Source: a bacterium (lineage in GTDB: Bacteria > Krumholzibacteriota > Krumholzibacteriia > LZORAL124-64-63). From it: a DNA stretch of 64,000 bases. Numbering within the stretch: the first letter of the stretch is position 1; each line of letters starts with the position of its first letter. This document shows, piece after piece, positions 1-11,156 of this stretch. The notes under the pieces are model-generated. The model made no database searches, was not told where the DNA came from, and saw nothing but the letters and a program-made list of their open reading frames with translations. Made by a program: the position numbers and the translations under genes. Where the stretch lies: contig JANOEP010000010.1 of NCBI GenBank assembly GCA_031441465.1, positions 1 to 64,000 of the forward strand. The letters are read 5' to 3'.

Positions 1-390
1 GCCAAGGTGACGGAGCCGTTCGGTTACATCCTCAAGCCCTATCAGGAGCGGGAACTGCACGTCGTCATCGAGACGGCCCTGTACAAGCATTGCATGGAAC
101 GGCGTCAACACGAACTGGAAGACCAGTTCCGGCAAGCGATGAAGTTGAAAGCCGTGGGCCAGCTTGCGGGCGGTGTCGCCCATGCGTTCAACAACCTGCT
201 GACTGCGGCTCTCGGTCACTGCGAGATGATGCTCGACGGCATGAGACCCGACGACCCCTGCTTTGCAAGCGCCCAGGAAATCAAGAGGGCTGTTACCCGG
301 ACGGTGCTACTCACGCAAAAGCTGTTGGCCGTTGGCCGCAACCAGATGTTGACACTGCGCCCCCTGTACCTCACCGCCGTGCCCGGCTAG
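1..390 (+). pseudogene. Fragment of a hybrid receiver/histidine kinase (end of receiver domain plus HisKA), running into secA-like sequence; no HATPase domain
   Basis: [23 protein letters not shown] (receiver C-terminus) and [19 protein letters not shown] (HisKA H-box); frame ends at TAG 388-390; codon usage looks less GC-rich than the downstream genes. Confidence 0.7.
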
Positions 391-402
391 GGCGCCCACC
401 TG

Positions 403-3012
403 GTGTCGGTCAACGACTACCTGGCCCGCCGCGACGCCGAGTGGATGGGCGGCGTCCTGCGCTTCCTCGGCCTGCGCATCGGCTTCATCATCAACAACAT
501 GACGCCCGACGAGCGCCGCGAAGCCTACCTGTGCGACGTCACCTACGGCACGAACAACGAGTTCGGTTTCGACTACCTGCGCGACAACATGGCCGTGCGC
601 CGGGAGCACCTCGTCCAGCGCGGCTTCCACTTCGGCATCGTCGACGAGGTCGACTCCGTGCTGATCGACGAGGCGCGCACGCCGCTGATCATCTCCGGCG
701 CCGTCGACAAGTCGACCCACCGCTTCGAGGAGCTGCAGCCCCGGGTCGAGCAGCTCTTCCGGCGGCAGAACCGCCTGGTCAACGACTGGCTCAGCGAGGC
801 CGAGCGCTTCCTGCGCGACGTCAACGAGGACGGGGATCCCGTCGTCGTGGACCAGGACACCGGGCTGCTGCTGCTGCGCATCTCGCGCGGCGCCCCCAAG
901 AACAAGCGCTTCCGCCGGCTGGGCCAGCTGCCGGGCGTGCTGGACGCGGTCCGCCGCACCGAGGAATCCTACATGCGCGACAAGGCGCTCTGGGAGGCCG
1001 ACGAGCCGCTCTACTACGTGGTCGAGGAGAAGCACCACGGAGTCGACCTGACCGAGAAGGGCCGCGTGGTGCTTTCCGAGGACGAGCCGGACTTCTTCGT
1101 GCTGCCCGACCTCGCCCTGCGCGTCGGCGAGATCCAGCAGGACGAGGAGACCGACCGCGACGAGAAGACGCGCCGCATCGACGAGGTGGAACGCTTCTAC
1201 GCCGTCAAGAACGAGCAGATCAGCAACGTCGACCAGCTGCTGCGGGCCTACACCCTCTACGAGAAGGACGACGAGTACGTCGTCATGGAGGGCAAGATCC
1301 AGATCGTCGACGAATTCACCGGCCGCCTGATGCCGGGCCGCCGCTTCAGCGAGGGGCTGCACCAGGCGCTGGAGGCGAAGGAGGGGGTCAAGGTCGAGAA
1401 GGAGACCCAGACCCTGGCCACCGTGACCCTGCAGAACTTCTTCCGCATGTACGAGAAGCTCGCGGGCATGACCGGCACCGCGGTGACGGAGGAGGCCGAG
1501 TTCGGCGAGATCTACAAGCTGGACGTGGTGGAGATCCCCACCAACGAGCCGGTGCGCCGCGCCGACCAGGACGACATCGTGTTCCGCTCCAAGAAGGAGA
1601 AGTTCAACGCCATCGTCGAGGAGGTCGCGCGGCTGCACGAAGCCGGCCTGCCGGTGCTGGTCGGCACCACGACCGTCGAGGTCAGCGAGTTCCTCAGCCG
1701 GCTGCTGAAGCGCCGCGGCATCAACCACAACGTGCTGAACGCGAAGCACCACAAGAGCGAGGCCGAGATCGTGGCCGAGGCGGGCCGCCGCGGCGCGGTG
1801 ACCATCGCCACGAACATGGCCGGCCGCGGCACCGACATCAAGATCGACCTGCGCGACCTGATGCAGCTGCCCGCGGACGCGCCGTTCGACAAGACGACCG
1901 CCACCGTCGCGGACGAGCCGGCCGGCCTGCACATCATCGGCACCGAGCGCCACGAGAGCCGCCGCATCGACCGCCAGCTGCGCGGCCGCGCCGGCCGCCA
2001 GGGCGACCCCGGCTCCTCCATCTTCTTCCTGTCGCTCGAGGATGACCTGATGCGGCTGTTCAACTCCGATCAGCTCATCAAGATCATGGACCGGCTCGGC
2101 GTGAAGGAAGGCGAGGTCATCACCCACCCGATGGTGACCCGGGCCATCGAGAAGGCCGCGCAGCGCGTCGAGGGCCACAACTTCGGGATCCGCAAGCACC
2201 TGATCGAGTACGACGACGTCGTCAACAAGCAGCGCGAGGTCATCTACTCCCTGCGGCGCGAGATCCTGTTGGGCGAGGACATCTCCGAGCTGATGCGCGA
2301 GGACATCGCGGCCGTGGTCGAGGCCCTGCTGGCCGAACACACCGACCCCGACCGCGCCAACGACGACTGGAACTTCGACGAGCTGGAGCGCGAGTTCCAG
2401 TCGCTCTTCCTGACGCCGCTGCCGGTGGCCCGCACCGACCGCCTGACGGTCGGCCACGCGGCGCTCACCGAGGACATGCTCGCGGCGGCCCTCGCCCGCT
2501 ACGGCGACAAGGAGCTGCGCCTGACCCCCGAGGTCACCCGCCAGCTCGAACGCTACGTCAAGCTGCAGGTCATCGACGAGCACTGGAAGGACCACCTCAA
2601 CCAGCTCGTGATGCTGCGCAGCGGCATCGGGCTGCGCTCCTACGGCCAGCGCGACCCCCTGGTCGAGTACAAGGCAGAGTCCTACAAGATGTTCCAGGAG
2701 CTGATGGGGAACATCGAGCGCGACTCCGTGCGCCTGTTCTACCGCGCCGAACTCGTATCCCGGCCGGCGCCCCCGCCGGTGCCCGAGCCGTCCCGCCTGC
2801 AGGCGCGGCACGACGAGGTCGGCTACCTTGGCGCCGGGCACGCAGCGCCGGGCGTCCCGGTGGACGAGGCGGTCGGCGCGCCGGCTTCGGCGACGCCCCC
2901 GCCGGGATCGGCGCGACCCGTCCAGCGTCAGGAACCCCGCATCTCGCGCAACGACCCCTGCCCCTGCGGGAGCGGCAAGAAGTACAAGAAGTGCTGCGGC
3001 CGGCTCGAATAA
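403..3012 (+). CDS. secA: Preprotein translocase ATPase SecA, N-terminally truncated (Walker A region absent; homology begins about 361)
   Basis: VNDYLARRD, YGTNNEFGFDYLRDN, IVDEVDSVLIDEARTPLIISG, ATNMAGRGTDI, RQLRGRAGRQGDPG, C-terminal SEC-C RNDPCPCGSGKKYKKCC. Confidence 0.93.
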   Translation: MSVNDYLARRDAEWMGGVLRFLGLRIGFIINNMTPDERREAYLCDVTYGTNNEFGFDYLRDNMAVRREHLVQRGFHFGIVDEVDSVLIDEARTPLIISGAVDKSTHRFEELQPRVEQLFRRQNRLVNDWLSEAERFLRDVNEDGDPVVVDQDTGLLLLRISRGAPKNKRFRRLGQLPGVLDAVRRTEESYMRDKALWEADEPLYYVVEEKHHGVDLTEKGRVVLSEDEPDFFVLPDLALRVGEIQQDEETDRDEKTRRIDEVERFYAVKNEQISNVDQLLRAYTLYEKDDEYVVMEGKIQIVDEFTGRLMPGRRFSEGLHQALEAKEGVKVEKETQTLATVTLQNFFRMYEKLAGMTGTAVTEEAEFGEIYKLDVVEIPTNEPVRRADQDDIVFRSKKEKFNAIVEEVARLHEAGLPVLVGTTTVEVSEFLSRLLKRRGINHNVLNAKHHKSEAEIVAEAGRRGAVTIATNMAGRGTDIKIDLRDLMQLPADAPFDKTTATVADEPAGLHIIGTERHESRRIDRQLRGRAGRQGDPGSSIFFLSLEDDLMRLFNSDQLIKIMDRLGVKEGEVITHPMVTRAIEKAAQRVEGHNFGIRKHLIEYDDVVNKQREVIYSLRREILLGEDISELMREDIAAVVEALLAEHTDPDRANDDWNFDELEREFQSLFLTPLPVARTDRLTVGHAALTEDMLAAALARYGDKELRLTPEVTRQLERYVKLQVIDEHWKDHLNQLVMLRSGIGLRSYGQRDPLVEYKAESYKMFQELMGNIERDSVRLFYRAELVSRPAPPPVPEPSRLQARHDEVGYLGAGHAAPGVPVDEAVGAPASATPPPGSARPVQRQEPRISRNDPCPCGSGKKYKKCCGRLE

Positions 3013-3035
3013 ATGGGCCACGTGAGGAGACCTGA

Positions 3036-5867
3036 GTGAAGCTGATCATCGTCGAGTCCCCGGCCAAAGCCAGGACGATCGAGAAGTTCCTGGGGGAGGG
3101 CTACGCGGTGGCGGCGAGCTACGGCCACATCCGCGATCTGCCCGGCACCGCGGCCGAGATCCCCGCGTCCTGCCGCGACAAGCCCTGGGCGCGCCTGGGC
3201 GTGGACACTGACGACGGTTACCGGCCCGTCTACGTCGTGGCCAGCGAGAGCGCGAAGCACGTCGCCCAACTCAAGAAGCTGCTCAAGGGCGCCGACGAGC
3301 TGCTGCTGGCGACGGACGAGGACCGCGAGGGTGAAGCCATCAGCTGGCACGTGCTGGATGTCCTGCAGCCCAGCGTTCCGGTACGGCGCATCGCCTTTCA
3401 CGAGATCACGCGCCACGCCATCCTGGAGGCGCTGGCCCACCCGCGCGACCTGCACCTGGACCTTGTCCAGGCGCAGGAGGGCCGCCGCATCCTGGACCGG
3501 CTCTTCGGCTACACCCTGTCGCCGGTGCTCTGGAAGCGGGTGCGCACCAAGCTCAGCGCGGGGCGGGTGCAGAGCGCGGCCCTGCGCCTGCTCGTCGAGC
3601 TGGAAGAGGCCCGCCTGCGCTTCCGCAGCGCCGAGTACTGGGATCTCGAGGCGACCCTGGCCCCGGCCGCCGGCGACGCCTTCACAGCGCGCCTGACGAG
3701 CGTCGACGGGCAGCGCCTGGCCGGGAGCAAGGATTTCGACCCCGACACCGGCCTGCTCAAGCACCCCCGCCAGCGCCAGGGCGACGACGGCCCTTCGGGT
3801 GTGCTGCACCTCGACGGCGACCTGGCCCGCACCCTGGCCGCGGCGGCGTCCGCGGCGTTGCCCTGGCGGGTGGGGAACGTCGAGCGCAAGGAGTCGCGGC
3901 GTCGGCCCAAGCCGCCGCTGACCACCTCGACCCTGCAGCAGGCGGCGAGCAGCCAGCTGGGCTTCACGCCCCGGCGCACGATGCAGATCGCCCAGAAGCT
4001 CTACGAGGGCGTCGATCTCGGCGCCGGCGAGCGCGAGGGTCTGATCACCTACATGCGCACCGACTCGCTGACGCTCAGCGAGGAGGCCCTGCGTGGGGCC
4101 GCCGAGCTGATCCGCGCCGAGTACGGCCCGGACTACACGCAGGGTCCGCGTCGCTACAAGACGTCGGCGAAGTCGGCCCAGGAAGCCCACGAGGCCATCC
4201 GACCCACCGACCTGCGGCGCGCCCCGGACGCCGTCGCGCGCTGGCTGGACAAGGAAGAGCGCGCCCTCTACGACCTGATCTGGCGCCGCACCCTCGCCAG
4301 CCAGATGACCGACGCCGTGGTGGACAGCACCGCCGTGGATCTGACCGCCGTCGCCGACGGCCGCCGCCTGGTGCTGCGGGCCAACGGCTCGGTGGTGCGG
4401 TTCCCCGGCTTCCTCAAGGTCAGCGGCAAGGAAGACCAGGACACCTTGCTGCCACCGCTGGAGTCGGGCCAGCCGGTGGGGCGCCCCGGGGACGCCGCCG
4501 TCCTGCGCACGCTCGCGCCCACGCACCACGCGACGACCCCGCCGGCCCGGTTCACCGAGGCCTCGCTCATCAAGCGGCTCGAAGAGGAGGGGATCGGGCG
4601 GCCTTCGACGTACGCGCCCACCATCTCCACCATCGAGCAGCGCGAGTATGCCGTGAAGCGCAAGGGGGCGCTGGTGCCCACCTTCATCGGCATGGCGGTG
4701 ATCCACCTGCTGCGCAAGCACTTCGACCACTACGTCGACCTGAAGTTCACCGCCCGCATGGAGGAGGCGCTCGACGGCATCGCGGCGGGCGAGGTGAACC
4801 GCGCCGACTTCCTGGACGCGTTCTACCGCGGCAGCGCCGCGGAGGGTCGCGGCCTGGTGCGCGACGTCGACGAGCAGCTCCCGCTGATCGACTACCCGGC
4901 CATCGACATCGGCAACGATCCGGCGACCGGCGAACCGCTCCAGGTGCGCATCGGGCGGACCTACGTCTACGTCCAGGCCGGCAACGGCGAGGGCGCCCGT
5001 CGGGCCACCCTGCCGGTGGACCTGCTGATCGACGAGCTGACCCCCGAGCGGGCCGCCGATCTGCTGGCCGCGCGCGAGCGGGCCGACGAGCCCATCGGCC
5101 TGGATCCGGACAGCGGGTTGAACATCTACGTGCGCACCGGCCCGTTCGGCCCGTACCTCCAGCTGGGAGAGGTCGTCGAAGACCAACCCAAACCCAAGCG
5201 GGTGAGCCTGGGCCGCGCCGCCGATCCCGCCGCGGTCGACCTGCAGGCGGCGTTGCGCCTGCTGTCGTTGCCGCGGGTGATCGGCATCTGTCCGGAGACC
5301 GGGAAACCGGTGCACGCCGGGCTGGGCCGCTTCGGTCCCTACGTCGAGCGGGCGCGCGTCTTCGCGAGCATCGAGAGCACCGAGGCGCTGTTCACGATCA
5401 CGCTCGAGGAGGCGTTGAAGCGGATCCAGAACAAGAACCGCAAGCCGGTCCTCAAGGAGATCGGGCCCCATCCCGAGAGCGGGGCCCTGCTCCAGGTCAT
5501 CCAGGGCCGCTACGGACCCTACGTGAGCGACGGCAAGCACCACGCCACGCTCCGCGAGGGCGAGGATCCGCAGGCCGTGACCCTGGAACAGGCCGTCGTG
5601 ATGATCGCCGCCGCGGTGGTGAAGAAGGGCAGTCGCCCGGCCGGCCGCGCCCGGAAAGCCCCGGCGAAGAAGGCGGCGAGCAAGAAGAAGACGACGACCA
5701 AGAAGAAGACGACCAAGAAGGCGGCGGTGAAGAAGAGCACGACCAAGAAGGCGGCACCGAAACAGGCGATCCTCGACAAGGCCCCGGCCAAGAAAACGAC
5801 CGCCAAGAAAACGACAGCTAAGAAAGCGCCGTCCAAGAAGCCGACGCCCACCAAGTCCGAGCGATGA
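3036..5867 (+). CDS. topA: DNA topoisomerase I with C-terminal repeats and Lys-rich tail
   Basis: IVESPAKA, ATDEDREGEAI, SAGRVQS, ITYMRTDS (catalytic Tyr), GIGRPSTYA, GRFGPY-type repeats. Confidence 0.96.
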   Translation: MKLIIVESPAKARTIEKFLGEGYAVAASYGHIRDLPGTAAEIPASCRDKPWARLGVDTDDGYRPVYVVASESAKHVAQLKKLLKGADELLLATDEDREGEAISWHVLDVLQPSVPVRRIAFHEITRHAILEALAHPRDLHLDLVQAQEGRRILDRLFGYTLSPVLWKRVRTKLSAGRVQSAALRLLVELEEARLRFRSAEYWDLEATLAPAAGDAFTARLTSVDGQRLAGSKDFDPDTGLLKHPRQRQGDDGPSGVLHLDGDLARTLAAAASAALPWRVGNVERKESRRRPKPPLTTSTLQQAASSQLGFTPRRTMQIAQKLYEGVDLGAGEREGLITYMRTDSLTLSEEALRGAAELIRAEYGPDYTQGPRRYKTSAKSAQEAHEAIRPTDLRRAPDAVARWLDKEERALYDLIWRRTLASQMTDAVVDSTAVDLTAVADGRRLVLRANGSVVRFPGFLKVSGKEDQDTLLPPLESGQPVGRPGDAAVLRTLAPTHHATTPPARFTEASLIKRLEEEGIGRPSTYAPTISTIEQREYAVKRKGALVPTFIGMAVIHLLRKHFDHYVDLKFTARMEEALDGIAAGEVNRADFLDAFYRGSAAEGRGLVRDVDEQLPLIDYPAIDIGNDPATGEPLQVRIGRTYVYVQAGNGEGARRATLPVDLLIDELTPERAADLLAARERADEPIGLDPDSGLNIYVRTGPFGPYLQLGEVVEDQPKPKRVSLGRAADPAAVDLQAALRLLSLPRVIGICPETGKPVHAGLGRFGPYVERARVFASIESTEALFTITLEEALKRIQNKNRKPVLKEIGPHPESGALLQVIQGRYGPYVSDGKHHATLREGEDPQAVTLEQAVVMIAAAVVKKGSRPAGRARKAPAKKAASKKKTTTKKKTTKKAAVKKSTTKKAAPKQAILDKAPAKKTTAKKTTAKKAPSKKPTPTKSER
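5655..5860 (+). repeat. Low-complexity Lys/Ala/Thr repeats (AKKTT/KKAA) encoding a histone H1-like tail of TopA
   Basis: KAPAKKAASKKKTTTKKKTTKKAAVKKSTTKKAAPK...AKKTTAKKTTAKK; repeated aagaag units. Confidence 0.85.
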
Positions 5868-7231
5868 GCCGAGCCGACGTCCACGTGGTCGGCGGCGGAC
5901 TGGCCGGCTGCGAGGCGGCGCTCCAGCTGGCCCGGCTGGGCGTGCCCTGCACGTTGCACGAGATGCGCCCGGCCCGCACCACGCCCGCCCACCGCACCGC
6001 CGACCTGGCGGAGATCGTCTGTTCCAACTCGCTGAAGAGCAACGAACTCGCCACGGCCTCGGGCCTGCTCAAGGCCGAGCTGGATCTGGCGGGCTGCCGG
6101 CTGCTCGGCGCCGCTCGCGGCGCCGCCGTACCCGCCGGCGCGGCCCTGGCCGTGGATCGCGAACGCTTTTCCGCCGCCGTCGCCGCGCTGATCGCGGCCG
6201 AACCCCGCATCGCGCTGGTCCGGGACGAAGTCGTGGATTTCGACGATGACCCCGCCTCGCGCTGGATCGTCGCGACCGGCCCGCTGACCTCGCCGGACCT
6301 GCACGCGGCGATCGCGCGGCGCGCGGGCGGCGCCGGGCTGCATTTCTTCGACGCCGTCGCCCCGTCGGTGAGCCTGGACTCGCTGGACTGCGACCGGCTG
6401 TTCCGCGCCGCGCGCTACGACAAGGGCGAGGCCGACTACTGGAACGCCCCGCTGGACCGCGACGAGTACCACGCCTTCTGCCGGGAACTGGTCGCGGCCG
6501 AGCGCGCGGAAGTCCACGACTTCGAGAAGTCCCTGCTGTTCGACGGTTGCCAGCCGGTCGAGGAGATCGCCGACACCGGCCCCGAGACGCTCGCCCACGG
6601 ACCGCTGCGGCCGGTGGGTCTGCAGGATCCGCGGACGGGGAAACGGGCGTACGCCGTGGTGCAGCTGCGCCAGGAGAACGCCGCCGGGACCATCTTCGGG
6701 CTGGTGGGTTTCCAGACCCGGCTGAAACAGGGGGAACAGCGGCGTGTCTTCCGGCTGATCCCCGGCCTGGAACAGGCGGAGTTCGTGCGCTACGGGCAGC
6801 TGCACCGCAACCTCTACCTGGACGCGCCCCGCGTCCTGGACGCCAGTTTCGCCCTGCACGGCGACGCCCGGATCCGCTTCGCGGGCCAGATCACGGGTGT
6901 CGAGGGCTACGTCGAATCGATCGCCTCGGGCTTGACCACGGCCTGGCTGCTGGCGGCCGATCTGCGCGGCGTCGCTCTGCCGGACTGGCCCGGCGAGACG
7001 CTGCTGGGGGCGCTGCTCGACGGGTTCCTGCGCGACGGCACGAGCCGCCGATTCAGCCCGATGAACGCCAACTTCGGCCTGCTGCCGCCCGCGGCCGACG
7101 CCGCCCGCGGCCGACGCGGCCGGCAGGAGCGCAAGGAAGCCTTGGCCGCGCGCTCGCTCGCGGCCCTGCGCGCGCACCTGGCCGGCGCCGCGGCGACCGC
7201 GTTGCTGGAGCCGTCGCCGGGGCACGATTGA
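5864..7231 (+). CDS. trmFO: FAD/folate-dependent tRNA (uracil-5)-methyltransferase TrmFO (Gid)
   Basis: VVGGGLAGCEAA, EIVCSNSL, FAGQITGVEGY, PMNANFGL; topA-trmFO-xerC-hslVU synteny. Confidence 0.93.
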   Translation: MSRADVHVVGGGLAGCEAALQLARLGVPCTLHEMRPARTTPAHRTADLAEIVCSNSLKSNELATASGLLKAELDLAGCRLLGAARGAAVPAGAALAVDRERFSAAVAALIAAEPRIALVRDEVVDFDDDPASRWIVATGPLTSPDLHAAIARRAGGAGLHFFDAVAPSVSLDSLDCDRLFRAARYDKGEADYWNAPLDRDEYHAFCRELVAAERAEVHDFEKSLLFDGCQPVEEIADTGPETLAHGPLRPVGLQDPRTGKRAYAVVQLRQENAAGTIFGLVGFQTRLKQGEQRRVFRLIPGLEQAEFVRYGQLHRNLYLDAPRVLDASFALHGDARIRFAGQITGVEGYVESIASGLTTAWLLAADLRGVALPDWPGETLLGALLDGFLRDGTSRRFSPMNANFGLLPPAADAARGRRGRQERKEALAARSLAALRAHLAGAAATALLEPSPGHD

Positions 7232-7250
7232 CCGGTCGCCGTCGCCTTGC

Positions 7251-7279
7251 TTGCCGCTCCGGCGGGCCGATGGTAGATT
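7251..7279 (+). promoter_or_regulatory. Candidate sigma70 promoter for xerC-hslVU
   Basis: TTGCCG-17 nt-TAGATT followed by GGAGG RBS and ATG at 7296. Confidence 0.5.
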
Positions 7280-7295
7280 CGCGGGGGAGGTGACC

Positions 7296-8249
7296 ATGGA
7301 CCGCGTGCAGGAGTTCCGCCGCCATCTGGCGGGCGAAAAGGGGAGCAGCCCGCGGACCGTGTCCGCCTACGGCCGCGACCTCGACGACTTCGTCGGCGAC
7401 GCGCGCGCCGCCGGCCACCTGCCGGACGATCCCGCCGACGAGCACTGGCGCCGCCTGTTCGCCGAGCGCCCCGCTCTGCGCGACCACCTGGCCCAGATGC
7501 GCCGGCGCGGCCGCAGCAAGTCCACCATCGCCCGCCACCTGGCGGCGATCCGCGGCTTCGCCCGCTACCTGCACCTCGACGGGGTCCTGCCGGCCATGCC
7601 GCCGGCCCTGTCCGGCGGCCGCACGTCGGCGGGACGGGAGCGGCGCTTGCCGCGCGATCTCTCCGAGGAACTCGTCGAGTCCCTGCTGGCCCTGCCGGAC
7701 CTGGCGACCCCCCGCGGCCGCCGCGACCGGGCGATCCTGGAGTCCGTCTACGGCCTGGGCCTGCGCCTCGCCGAGGTCGTCGGCCTGGACCTGGGCGATC
7801 TGGACCTGCCGGGCGAGCGCGTGCGCGTGCGGGGCAAGGGCGACAAGGAACGCCTGCAGCCTCTGCTGGGCGCCACCACGGTGGCGCTGCTGCTGCACCT
7901 CGAAGGCGACCTCGACGACGAGGTCCTGCGGGCCGTGCGCGACGGCACGCTGCGCGGAACCGACCGCGCGCGCCCGGTGTTCGCCGGCCGTGTCGGTCGG
8001 CGGATCGCGCGCCGCACGGTGCAGGCGATGGTCGCGCGCCACGCCGGTGAACTGGCGGGATTGCGCGGCGTGTCGCCCCACACCCTGCGCCATTCCTTCG
8101 CCACGCACCTGCTCGACGGCGGCGCCGGCATCCGCGTGGTCCAGGAACTGCTCGGGCACGAGCACCTGGCCACGACACAGATCTACACCCACCTCTCCCG
8201 GGCCCGCCTGCGGGAGGAGTTCCGGAAAGCCCACCCGCGCTCCGAATGA
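7296..8249 (+). CDS. xerC: Tyrosine recombinase XerC
   Basis: RDRAILE..GLRLAE, GKGDKER, SPHTLRHSFATHLL, LLGHEHLATTQIY; position between trmFO and hslV. Confidence 0.88.
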   Translation: MDRVQEFRRHLAGEKGSSPRTVSAYGRDLDDFVGDARAAGHLPDDPADEHWRRLFAERPALRDHLAQMRRRGRSKSTIARHLAAIRGFARYLHLDGVLPAMPPALSGGRTSAGRERRLPRDLSEELVESLLALPDLATPRGRRDRAILESVYGLGLRLAEVVGLDLGDLDLPGERVRVRGKGDKERLQPLLGATTVALLLHLEGDLDDEVLRAVRDGTLRGTDRARPVFAGRVGRRIARRTVQAMVARHAGELAGLRGVSPHTLRHSFATHLLDGGAGIRVVQELLGHEHLATTQIYTHLSRARLREEFRKAHPRSE

Positions 8250-8287
8250 GCGGGCGCGTCGGGGATCCGGTCAGGACGGAGACGGGA

Positions 8288-8835
8288 ATGCGACGACGCA
8301 GCACGACGGTGCTGGCGGTGCTGCGCGACGGCGGCGCGGCGATCGCCAGCGACGGCCAGGTGACGCTCGGCGTCACGATCGTCAAGCACGGCGCGGTCAA
8401 GGTACGCCGGCTGTTCGGCGGCAAGGTCCTGGTGGGCTTCGCCGGCGGCGCCGCCGACGCGCTGACCCTGTTCGAAGCGATCGAGGGCCACCTCGAGCGC
8501 TCGCGGGGCAACCTGCGCCGCGCCGCCGTGGAGATGGCCCGCCACTGGCGCAGCGATCGGGTGCTGCGGCGTCTGGAGGCCATGCTGATCTGCACCGACG
8601 GCAGCGACCTCTACACGATTTCGGGAAACGGCGACGTCATCGAGGGCGAGGAAGGCTGCGCTGCGGTCGGCTCCGGCGCGCCCTACGCCCTGGCGGCGGC
8701 CCGGGCCCTGCGGCGCCACTCGTCGCTGACCGCGGCCGAGATCTGCCGCGAGTCCCTGCGCGTGGCGGGCGAGATCTGCATCTACACCAACGACCACGTC
8801 ACCCTGCTGGAACTCGGCAAGGGGGAGGACGACGC

Positions 8836-8839
<4 letters not shown>
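8288..8839 (+). CDS. hslV: ATP-dependent protease peptidase subunit HslV
   Basis: STTVLAV, SDGQVTLG, GFAGGAADA, AVGSG, ICIYTN. Confidence 0.95.
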
Positions 8840-10191
<1,352 letters not shown>

Positions 10192-10236
10192 CCCGACACG
10201 CGAGCGCGCCGGCGAGACCGGCCGCGAGGAGGCACG

Positions 10237-11154
10237 ATGAGTCTCGGACAGAAGGACTTCCTCTCGATCCCGCAGCACACCCCGGCGGACCTGCGGCGCA
10301 TCCTGGAGCTGGCGAAGCAGCAGAAGCCCCTGGCGCGCCGCCACGAGCTGCCCCACTCGCATCCCAACCGCACCCTGGCCTGCGTCTTCGCCAAGCCCAG
10401 CCTGCGCACGCGCGTCAGCTTCGAGACGGCCATGATGCAGCTGGGCGGCCGCTCCCTGTTCATCACCGACAAGGAGATCGGGATGGGCGTGCGGGAGTCC
10501 GTGCACGACGTCGCCAAGGTGATGAGCCGCTTCGTCGACGCGATCATGATCCGCTGGTTCGACCACGGCGAGGTCGTGGAGCTGGCGCGCCACGCCGACG
10601 TCCCGGTCATCAACGGCCTGACCGACCTGCTGCACCCCTGCCAGGTGATGGGGGACATCCTGACCGTCGAGGAGCACCTCGGGACCATCGAGAACAAGAC
10701 CGTGGTCATGGTGGGCGACGGCAACAACCTCGCCAACAGCTGGATCAACGCCGCCCGGCGCTTCCCCTTCAACTTCGTGCTGGCCTGCCCGCCGGGCTAC
10801 GAGCCGGACCAGGCGATCATGGACGCCGCCGAGCAGGACGGCGCCTCGTTCTGCATCACGCACGACCCCCGCGAGGCGGTCGAGGGCGCCCACGTCATCT
10901 ACAGCGACGCCTTCTACAGCATGGGCCAGGAGGCGGAGGCCGTGAAGCGCCGCGCCGACTTCGCGCCCTACCAGATCACCGCCGACCTGCTGTCCGCCGC
11001 CGACCCCAAGCACATCGTGATGCACTGCCTGCCCGCCCACCGCGGCGAGGAGATCACCGACGAGGTGATGGACGGGCCGCACTCGGTGGTCTTCGACGAG
11101 GCCGAGAACCGCCAGCACGCACAGCGGGCCATCATCGCCCTGCTGATGGCCTGA
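10237..11154 (+). CDS. argF: Ornithine carbamoyltransferase family protein
   Basis: PSLRTRVSF, HPCQ, DxxxSMG, HCLPAHRGEE, FDEAENR. Confidence 0.9.
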   Translation: MSLGQKDFLSIPQHTPADLRRILELAKQQKPLARRHELPHSHPNRTLACVFAKPSLRTRVSFETAMMQLGGRSLFITDKEIGMGVRESVHDVAKVMSRFVDAIMIRWFDHGEVVELARHADVPVINGLTDLLHPCQVMGDILTVEEHLGTIENKTVVMVGDGNNLANSWINAARRFPFNFVLACPPGYEPDQAIMDAAEQDGASFCITHDPREAVEGAHVIYSDAFYSMGQEAEAVKRRADFAPYQITADLLSAADPKHIVMHCLPAHRGEEITDEVMDGPHSVVFDEAENRQHAQRAIIALLMA

Positions 11155-11156
11155 CG

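Noticed and set aside
388..390. TAG as programmed readthrough or pyrrolysine giving a kinase-SecA fusion
   Set aside because: The fusion would still lack SecA Walker A; other genes here use TAG as a normal stop; no pyl genes in the window
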